From an uncultured Gemmatimonadales bacterium (GTDB lineage: Bacteria > Gemmatimonadota > Gemmatimonadetes > Gemmatimonadales > GWC2-71-9), in assembly GCA_963728915.1 (NCBI GenBank), contig CAVSLV010000001.1:256001-320000 (forward strand): a DNA stretch of 64,000 nucleotides. Direction: 5' to 3'. The position numbers and the translations under genes were made by a program. Positions within the stretch are counted from its first letter, which is position 1. Each line of letters begins with the position of its first letter. Below, piece by piece: positions 56,960 to 64,000 of the stretch. The notes under the pieces are model-generated. The model did no database searches. It saw only the letters and a list, made by a program, of their open reading frames with translations, and was not told the DNA's origin.

Positions 56960-58087
56960 ATGCTGTATCACTTATTGGCCCCGCTCGGGCGGGACCACAT
57001 CCTGTTCAACCTCTTCACGTACATCAGTTTTCGCGCCGCCGGGGCGATGGTGACGGCGTTGCTTCTGGCGTTCCTGATCGGTCCCGGGATCATCCGGCAG
57101 CTTCGGGCCCGGAAGGTCGGCCAGGTGATTCGCTCGGATTTTTTGGCGAGCCATCAGAGCAAGCGCGGGGTCCCCACCATGGGCGGGCTCATCATTCTGC
57201 TCGCGACGGTGATCCCGACTCTGCTCTGGGCCCCGCTCGACAATCGGTTCGTGGTGGTGGCGCTGGTCGCATTGCTGTGGACCGGCGCGATCGGCTTTCT
57301 CGACGACTACCTCAAGGTCGTCGAAGGGAAATCCCGGGGGCTGGTGGCCAAGTGGAAGCTGGCGGGCCAGGTGGTCTTCGGCCTGGCCCTGGGGCTGTTC
57401 CTGCTCAAGTGGCCGGTGGTGCATCCCGGTACGATTCCCGCCAACGCCACCACCCTTCCGTTCCTCAAGTACACCCTGGTCACCTTCGCCCCGGTCCTGT
57501 ACGTGCTGTTCGTCACGCTGGTAGTGACCGGCAGCAGCAACGCGGTGAACATGACCGATGGGCTCGACGGCCTCGCGACCGGACTCACCGCGATTGCGGC
57601 GGCCGCATTCGCCTTCTTCGCCTACGTGCTGGGCCGGGTGGATTCCACCGCCTATCTCCAGTTCTACTACCTGCCCGGGGCCGGCGAGCTGACCGTGTTC
57701 TGCGCCGCCCTCATGGGCGGCGCGTTAGGGTTTCTCTGGTTCAACGCCCCGCCGGCCCAGGTCATCATGGGCGACACCGGCTCCCTGGGGATCGGTGGGG
57801 CGCTCGGCACCGTCGCCATTCTGCTCAAGGCCGAGTTTCTGCTGCTCATCATCGGCGGGGTGTTCGTCGCGGAGCAGCTGTCGGTGATGCTGCAGGTCGG
57901 CCGGTTCAAGTGGCTCAAGCGCACCCGCGGGCTGGAGTACGCCCAGGCCCACCGGGTCTTCCGGATGGCCCCGCTGCACCACCACTTCGAGAAGCTGGGC
58001 TGGACCGAGCACACCGTGGTGATCCGGTTCTATATCCTGGGCATCTTCTGCGCGCTGGTGGCGCTCGCCACGCTCAAGCTCCGATGA
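56960..58087 (+). CDS. mraY: Phospho-N-acetylmuramoyl-pentapeptide transferase
   Basis: PTMGG, GFLDDY, NAVNMTDGLDG, MGDTGSL, MAPLHHHFE. Confidence 0.97.
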   Translation: MLYHLLAPLGRDHILFNLFTYISFRAAGAMVTALLLAFLIGPGIIRQLRARKVGQVIRSDFLASHQSKRGVPTMGGLIILLATVIPTLLWAPLDNRFVVVALVALLWTGAIGFLDDYLKVVEGKSRGLVAKWKLAGQVVFGLALGLFLLKWPVVHPGTIPANATTLPFLKYTLVTFAPVLYVLFVTLVVTGSSNAVNMTDGLDGLATGLTAIAAAAFAFFAYVLGRVDSTAYLQFYYLPGAGELTVFCAALMGGALGFLWFNAPPAQVIMGDTGSLGIGGALGTVAILLKAEFLLLIIGGVFVAEQLSVMLQVGRFKWLKRTRGLEYAQAHRVFRMAPLHHHFEKLGWTEHTVVIRFYILGIFCALVALATLKLR

Positions 58088-59433
58088 TCCTCGAGCGCGG
58101 GTTGCGGGGCGGGGAGATCGCCGTGCTCGGCCTGGGCCGGAGCGGCGTCGCGGCGACCCGGCTGCTCCGGGAAGGCGGCATCCGGGTGTACGCCTCCGAC
58201 CGGGGCGACACTCCGGTGCTGGCCCGCCACCGCGACGAGCTGCTCGGCCTCGGTGCCGCGGTGGATCTGGGACGACACGATCTCGACCGGATCGGCCGGG
58301 CGGCGGGGTGCGTGGTGTCGCCGGGAATTCCGCCGGAGGCGCCGCCCATCGCGACCGCCCACGATGCCGGGGTCCCGGTCGTGGCGGAGGCGGCGCTTGG
58401 ACTGGAGGCGATGCCCGGAGTGCGCTATATCGCGGTCACCGGCACCAACGGCAAGAGCACGACCACCGCGCTGGTAGGTCATCTCCTGGGACACGCGGGG
58501 TACCGGGCCATCGCGGCGGGCAACATCGGCATGCCGCTCTGCGAGGTCGCGATCGCGCCGATCCTCCCCGAATGGCTCGCGATCGAGCTCTCTTCCTTCC
58601 AGCTGCACGACATGCCGTCGGTGGGCCCGGTCGCCGGCATCCTGACCAACCTGGAGCCGGATCACCTCGATCGATACCGGAGCCTGGCCGAGTATTTCGC
58701 CGACAAGGCGCTCCTGTTCCGGGACGCGGCGGCCGAGTCCCTCTGGGTGGTGAACGCCGACAACCCCGCCTCGGTGGAGATGACCAGGAACGTGCCGGGG
58801 CGGCGGTTGCATTTCTCGATTCTCGGTCCCGCCGACGGCTGGTACGACCGGGGCCACGGTCTCCGGCTGGGACGCGAGCCGCTGCTTCCCCGCGAGGACC
58901 TGCCCCTGCTGGGCGATCACAACGTGGCCAACGCGCTGGCCGCGGCGCTCGCGGTGCACGGCGTGGGAGCGGAAATCGAAGCCATCGCGGCTGGGCTGCG
59001 GACCTTTCACGGGCTGCCCCATCGCATGGAGACGGTGCGGGAGCTCGATGGGGTGCTCTGGATCAACGATTCCAAAGCCACCAACCTCTCCTCGACCGCC
59101 GTGGCGGTGGCGGCGCTGGACCGGCCCTTCGTTCTGCTTCTGGGCGGGCGCCACAAAGGCGCGCCCTATACCTCCCTGGGCGAATCCCTGAAGGGCAGGT
59201 GTCGGGCGGTGATCGCCTACGGGGAAGCCAGGCCGATCATCCTGTCGGACCTGGCCGGCTCGGGAGTGCCGGTCGAGCCGGGCGACGGCTTCGAGACCGT
59301 GCTCGAGCGTGCCCGCGGGCTGGCCCAGCCGGGAGAGGCCGTGCTGCTCTCCCCGGCATGCTCGAGCTACGACATGTTCGCCAATTACGAGGAGCGGGGC
59401 GCCCGCTTCCGGGAGACGGTGAACCGGTGGTGA
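58084..59433 (+). CDS. murD: UDP-MurNAc-L-Ala--D-Glu ligase
   Basis: GLGRSG, VSPGI, TGTNGKST, ELSSFQL, NDSKATN, SPACSSYD. Confidence 0.96.
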   Translation: MILERGLRGGEIAVLGLGRSGVAATRLLREGGIRVYASDRGDTPVLARHRDELLGLGAAVDLGRHDLDRIGRAAGCVVSPGIPPEAPPIATAHDAGVPVVAEAALGLEAMPGVRYIAVTGTNGKSTTTALVGHLLGHAGYRAIAAGNIGMPLCEVAIAPILPEWLAIELSSFQLHDMPSVGPVAGILTNLEPDHLDRYRSLAEYFADKALLFRDAAAESLWVVNADNPASVEMTRNVPGRRLHFSILGPADGWYDRGHGLRLGREPLLPREDLPLLGDHNVANALAAALAVHGVGAEIEAIAAGLRTFHGLPHRMETVRELDGVLWINDSKATNLSSTAVAVAALDRPFVLLLGGRHKGAPYTSLGESLKGRCRAVIAYGEARPIILSDLAGSGVPVEPGDGFETVLERARGLAQPGEAVLLSPACSSYDMFANYEERGARFRETVNRW

Positions 59434-60539
59434 ACGAGATGCGATGGGAAACCCGGCTCCTGGTGCTGGTGGCGGGCGTGCTCACCGTCTTCGGGACCGC
59501 GAGCCTCTACGCCGCCGCGACGCTGGAGCGGGACGCCTTCGGATTCTTCACCAAGCAGCTCCTGGGCGCGGTGCTCGGGATCGGCCTCCTCGTGGCCGTG
59601 GCCCGGATCGACTACCACAAGTGGCGAACCCTGGCCTGGCCCCTGTTGCTGGGCACGATGGTGCTCCTGATCGTCCCGCTGCTCCCGTTCACTCACTTCA
59701 TCAGTCCGGTCCGAAACGGCGCACGACGATGGATTCAGCTCCCCGGCCTCACCTTGCAACCCTCCGAGGTGGCTCGCTTCACGGTCCCGATCTGGATCGC
59801 GATGCTGGCGGCGAAGAAGGGGGGAATGATCCGCGACTTCAAGAAAGGCCTGCTCCCGTTTCTTCTGATTCTCGGCCTGGTGAGCCTGCTCATCCTCCTG
59901 GAGCCGAACCTCTCCACGGCTGTCCTGATGGCGGCCATCGGCTTCACGATCCTCTTCACCGCCGGCGCGCGCATCGGGCATTTCCTCCTGCTGATTCCCG
60001 TGGCGCTGGCCGGGGTGGCCGGGCTGATCATCGTCGAGCCGTACCGCCTGGCCCGGGTCAAGTGCTTCTTCGAGTCGTGCGGGCAGGGGAATTTCCAGCT
60101 CGACCAGGCCTTGCTGGGTTTCGGATCCGGTGGCGCCTTCGGGGTGGGATTCGGACATGGGCAGCTCAAGCTGCACTATCTCCCGTACGGCTATTCCGAT
60201 TTCCTGTTCAGCACCATCGGTGAGGAGTGGGGCTTCCTCGGGGTGGTGGTGATTGCGCTGCTCTTCGCGGTGTTCGGCTGGTTCGGGTTCCGGATCGCCA
60301 AGACGGCGCCGGATCCCTTCGGCCAGTTCCTGGCGGTCGGGCTCGCGGCCGCGATTTCCCTCGGCGCGCTGCTGCATATGGCGGTCACCGTCGGGCTCAT
60401 GCCGACGACCGGACTCGCTTTTCCCTTCATGAGCTACGGCCGGAGCGGGTTGATCATGGCCCTGGTGTCGGTGGGGGTGCTGGTGAATATCGGAAGGGCC
60501 AGGGGAGCGGGCGGGGCCAGAGGGGACAAGGGCCGCTGA
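59430..60539 (+). CDS. ftsW: SEDS peptidoglycan polymerase FtsW
   Basis: NGARRWI, QPSE, SDFLFSTIGEEWG, PFMSYG; position between murD and murG. Confidence 0.93.
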   Translation: MNEMRWETRLLVLVAGVLTVFGTASLYAAATLERDAFGFFTKQLLGAVLGIGLLVAVARIDYHKWRTLAWPLLLGTMVLLIVPLLPFTHFISPVRNGARRWIQLPGLTLQPSEVARFTVPIWIAMLAAKKGGMIRDFKKGLLPFLLILGLVSLLILLEPNLSTAVLMAAIGFTILFTAGARIGHFLLLIPVALAGVAGLIIVEPYRLARVKCFFESCGQGNFQLDQALLGFGSGGAFGVGFGHGQLKLHYLPYGYSDFLFSTIGEEWGFLGVVVIALLFAVFGWFGFRIAKTAPDPFGQFLAVGLAAAISLGALLHMAVTVGLMPTTGLAFPFMSYGRSGLIMALVSVGVLVNIGRARGAGGARGDKGR

Positions 60540-61627
60540 CTTCCACCGCCCTGATCGCCGGCGGAGGCACCGGTGGACATCTCATCCCCGCGCTGGTCAT
60601 CGGCGAAGCCATCCAGAAGCGATACCCCGAGTATCGGGTCGAGCTCGCCGGGGCCCGGAGGGGCCTCGAAGCCAGGCTGTTGCCCGGGCGGCAGTTCCCC
60701 TATCACCTGCTTCACCTCGAGCCGATCTATCGGCGCCAGTGGTGGAAGAACCTCCGCTGGCCGATACTGGGTTTCCGCCTGGTTCGTGAAGTCGGGCGTC
60801 TCCTCGACACCGTGCAACCGTCGGTTGTCATCGGTACCGGGGGGTACGCTTCCGCGCCGGTAGTCTGGATGGCGGCGCGGCGAGGCATCCCGACCGCCGT
60901 CCTCGAGCTCAACGCCTTTCCCGGTCTCGCGGTCCGAAGGCTGGCGCGGAGGGTGGATGAGATCTGGCTGGGCAGTCCGGAGGCGCGGCGCCATCTCAGG
61001 CCGGCCGCCAAAACCCGGATCGTGGATACCGGCACGCCGATCGACCCCCCCGATCCCTCCAGTCGTGAGCTCGCGCTCTCGTCCTTCGGCCTGACTCCCG
61101 ATAAGCCCGTCGTCCTGGTGAGCGGCGGGAGTCAGGGGTCCCACGCCCTGAATCGGGCCATCGCTCACTGGATCGCGGGTGGAGCGGCAAGCCGGTATCA
61201 GCTCGTATGGGTCACCGGCCGGGGGAGCTACGGTGAGTTCCGGGGCCTCCACCATCCGCCCGAGGTGACGGTCATCGACTTTCTCGATCCGATGAAACGG
61301 GGATACTCGGTGGCCGACATGGCGATCACCCGGGCGGGCATGATGACGATCGCCGAGCTCTCTGCCTGGGGGATTCCCTCGATTCTGGTGCCGCTCCCCA
61401 CCTCGGCGGCGGACCATCAGACCGCCAATGCGAAGGCCATGGAAGCGGCCGGGGCTGCAATCCTGCTTCCTCAATCGGAACTCGATCCCAAAGTCATCAG
61501 TCGGACCGTCGAGGAGGTCCTTGAAAATCCCGGTCGGCGGGTTTCAATGCGGCAGGCAACCCTCGCCAGAGCCAAACCGGACGCACTCGACCACATCCTG
61601 GACCGTTTCGGGATCCTTTCGGGGTAG
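60536..61627 (+). CDS. murG: Lipid II GlcNAc transferase MurG (probable CTG start)
   Basis: GGGTGGH, GTGGYAS, GGSQGS, DHQTANA. Confidence 0.93.
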   Translation: MTSTALIAGGGTGGHLIPALVIGEAIQKRYPEYRVELAGARRGLEARLLPGRQFPYHLLHLEPIYRRQWWKNLRWPILGFRLVREVGRLLDTVQPSVVIGTGGYASAPVVWMAARRGIPTAVLELNAFPGLAVRRLARRVDEIWLGSPEARRHLRPAAKTRIVDTGTPIDPPDPSSRELALSSFGLTPDKPVVLVSGGSQGSHALNRAIAHWIAGGAASRYQLVWVTGRGSYGEFRGLHHPPEVTVIDFLDPMKRGYSVADMAITRAGMMTIAELSAWGIPSILVPLPTSAADHQTANAKAMEAAGAAILLPQSELDPKVISRTVEEVLENPGRRVSMRQATLARAKPDALDHILDRFGILSG

Positions 61628-61676
61628 GACTCCTCTTTCGCAAGTTACAGTCCTGTTTTAGATTAGCCTATTGGCC

Positions 61677-63062
61677 ATGAACCTATTTCTCCCGTCCGAT
61701 GCTCGGCCACTGCATTTCATCGGAATCGGGGGGGCGGGAATGAGCGCCTTGGCGCTCATCGCTCGCAGTCGGGGAATCCCCGTCACAGGCTCCGATGCCG
61801 ACATCTCGGGCTGCGGAGATCTCGTGAAAGCGGGGGCGGAAATCGTCGAGGGGAGCGCACCGGATTTCGCTCGCAGGGCCAGGGCGGTCGTTGTGAGCGC
61901 GGCGGTTCCGGACCGCCATCCGGATCTCGAAGCCGCTCAGGGGAATGGAGTTCCGATCGTTCCCCGAAAGCTCGCCCTGGCGGAGCTGGTATCCCCAGGC
62001 AGATGTGTGGGGATCGCCGGCACCCATGGAAAGACGACAACGACGGTGATGACGACCGAGGCCGTGGCGGCCTCCGGTCTCAGAGTCACGGGAATAGCGG
62101 GTGGCAGGGTGGCCTCCTGGGGCGGGAACGCGCGAATCGCCGGATCGGAGCGCGATCTCTTCGTCGTGGAAGCCGATGAATACGATCAGGCCTTTCTCAC
62201 GTTGCAGCCCAGCGTCGCCGTAATCACGAATGTCGAAGCGGACCATCTGGAGTGCTATGGATCCCTGGAAGCCCTGGAGCATGCCTTCGTGACGTTTGCC
62301 GGCCGCGCCGAGCGGATTCTGGTGGGGAATGACTCCGCTGGGGCCCTGCGGGTCGCGAAAGCAATCCCGGGTTCCCGGGTGTGGCGCTACGGGCCGGATG
62401 CCCTGGACCTTCGCATCGGCCAAATCGAACAATCGACGACAGGAACCCGGGCCACCATCACTCTGCCCGACCGCAGCACGGTTCCCCTCGAGCTGCAAAT
62501 CCCCGGACTTCACAATCTCCGGAACGCTACGGCCGCGCTCGGTGTGGTGGTGGCGCTCGGGGCTGATCCCCGACGTGCCCTTCCAGTGCTTTCCTCCTTC
62601 ACGGGGGTGGGCCGCCGGTTCGAGCGGTTGGGAGAGGTGAGCGGGATCGCCGTAGTCGATGACTATGCCCACCACCCCACCGAGATCCGGGCCACCCTTC
62701 TTGGGGCGCGGCAGGCGTTTCCCGGGCGAAGGCTCGTGGCGGTCTTCCAGCCTCACCTCTTCTCCCGAACCGCGGAGCTCGGCGGAGAGATGGGCTCGGC
62801 ACTCGCTTCGGCTGACCTGGCGGTCGTCACCGATGTCTACGCCGCGCGGGAGCAGCCGCTTCCCGGCGTTACCGGCCAGAAGGTGGCGGACGCGGCCCGA
62901 GGCGCCGGTGGCGAAGTGGTGTACGAGCCGAGCCGCGCCCGACTGGCCCAGCGAGTCAGGGAGCTGGTTCGCCCGGGGGATCTGGTTCTGACCCTCGGCG
63001 CCGGTGATATCACCCGACTCAGCCGGGAAATGTTTCCGGAGCTCGACGGGGAATCCCGATGA
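61677..63062 (+). CDS. murC: UDP-MurNAc--L-Ala ligase
   Basis: HFIGIGGAGMS, GTHGKTTT, EADEYD, DDYAHHPTE, FQPH, LGAGD. Confidence 0.96.
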   Translation: MNLFLPSDARPLHFIGIGGAGMSALALIARSRGIPVTGSDADISGCGDLVKAGAEIVEGSAPDFARRARAVVVSAAVPDRHPDLEAAQGNGVPIVPRKLALAELVSPGRCVGIAGTHGKTTTTVMTTEAVAASGLRVTGIAGGRVASWGGNARIAGSERDLFVVEADEYDQAFLTLQPSVAVITNVEADHLECYGSLEALEHAFVTFAGRAERILVGNDSAGALRVAKAIPGSRVWRYGPDALDLRIGQIEQSTTGTRATITLPDRSTVPLELQIPGLHNLRNATAALGVVVALGADPRRALPVLSSFTGVGRRFERLGEVSGIAVVDDYAHHPTEIRATLLGARQAFPGRRLVAVFQPHLFSRTAELGGEMGSALASADLAVVTDVYAAREQPLPGVTGQKVADAARGAGGEVVYEPSRARLAQRVRELVRPGDLVLTLGAGDITRLSREMFPELDGESR

Positions 63063-63775
63063 AGGGATCCCGGACTCCGCCCCAGAACTGGCGCCAGCGC
63101 CATAAGGGCAAGGTGAAGCTGCTGGTTCTGCTGATCGTTGTTGTCCTCGCCGGGGCTGGCGCTCGCTCCTTGCTTCGCCGGCTCTCCTTCTTCTCGGTGC
63201 GCCGGGTCGAGGTCGTGGGGGCTCGCTATCTCGATGCTCAAACGGCGGCGGCCGCCCTGGGTCTCGACCCGAAGGCCAGCCTCTTCGACCCGAAGGACCA
63301 GTGGACCGCCCGGATCAAGGCGCTACCGGGAGTTCTTGACGCGCACATCGGCCGTCGCCTGCCGGGGACCCTCCGGATCGAAGTGGACGAGGCGCAGCCG
63401 GTCGCCCTGGCCGAGCAGGGGAATCGGTTGGTGCTGGTCGATGAGTCCGGCGCCGTGCTCCCTTTCAATCCCGCCCGCCCGGCGGCCGACCTGCCCCTCG
63501 CGCCGGCGGACTCGATCGTCACCGAGGTACTGGCCCGGGTGCGCGATATCGCTCCCGACCTGTTCGCCCGGGTGCAGCGGGGGTTCCGGATCCGGGGTGA
63601 CGTGGCCCTGGAGCTCGACGAAGGCCGGCTGTACCTGCGGGGCGGCGCCGACGCCGCCGACATCGAGGCGGTGTCCGTGGTGACCGGCCTGCTCGCCCGG
63701 GAGGGCCGGAGCTGGCGCGAGCTCGATGTGCGCTACCTGCCCCGAGTGGTGGTGCGGAAGTCGGGGAGCGCATGA
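63059..63775 (+). CDS. ftsQ: Cell division protein FtsQ/DivIB
   Basis: Single TM, POTRA-like FSVRRVEVVG...RRLPGTLRIEV, LVDESG, LDVRY; directly before ftsA. Confidence 0.88.
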   Translation: MKGSRTPPQNWRQRHKGKVKLLVLLIVVVLAGAGARSLLRRLSFFSVRRVEVVGARYLDAQTAAAALGLDPKASLFDPKDQWTARIKALPGVLDAHIGRRLPGTLRIEVDEAQPVALAEQGNRLVLVDESGAVLPFNPARPAADLPLAPADSIVTEVLARVRDIAPDLFARVQRGFRIRGDVALELDEGRLYLRGGADAADIEAVSVVTGLLAREGRSWRELDVRYLPRVVVRKSGSA

Positions 63776-64000
63776 GCGAGCAACCGGAGCGACTGGTGGC
63801 GGCGCTCGATCTGGGATCGACCCGGATCGTCGGGGCGATCGCCGAAGCGCAGGGAGAGCTGCGCGCGCCGCGCGCCCGGGTGCTTGGCATCGCGACCGAG
63901 CGGTCCAACGGGATCCGGCGCGGGGTGGTTCGCCATCTCGACGAGGTGACCCGGGCCATCGCCAAGGCCATGAAGGACGCCGAGACCATGGCCGGGATGA
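63772..64000 (+). CDS. ftsA: Cell division protein FtsA, N-terminal part (truncated at window edge)
   Basis: Manually translated MSEQPERLVAALDLGSTRIVGAIAE...SNGIRRGVV...AMKDAETMAG. Confidence 0.9.
   Translation, partial: MSEQPERLVAALDLGSTRIVGAIAEAQGELRAPRARVLGIATERSNGIRRGVVRHLDEVTRAIAKAMKDAETMAGM

Overview
A high-GC chromosomal window from a diderm bacterium, most likely Gemmatimonadota (inferred from gene content and order). The left ~19 kb is mixed-strand accessory/envelope DNA: a TolC/MacB-type permease/adaptor efflux operon, two S9 peptidases, tamA-tamB, and a decayed integron remnant (IntI C-terminal fragment, GTTRRRY site, Ser/Thr kinase-TPR gene, attC-like remnants). From ~19 kb to the end every gene is on the + strand: solA-hyp-fahA-GNAT-pdxH-CDF-tilS-hpt-ftsH-folP-DUF2723-yggS-divIVA-ileS-dksA-like-lspA-rluD, then a signalling block, two tRNAs (Val-TAC, Asp-GTC) and the dcw cluster (rsmH to partial ftsA). 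The strongest candidate for an undescribed system is that signalling block: receptor-less cheW-cheY-cheA-cheC, three roadblock/MglB-type proteins, a catalytically degenerate MglA, a tandem DnaA-AAA+ protein whose two halves lack complementary catalytic residues, a DUF4388/MshEN-motif TPR protein and another TPR protein. A second candidate is a protein O-glycosylation system: exported proteins are strongly enriched in the Bacteroidota-type D-(S/T)-(A/I/L/M/T/V) sequon, and a DUF2723/TMEM260-like transferase lies in the window. All family calls come from motifs read by eye; no searches were run.
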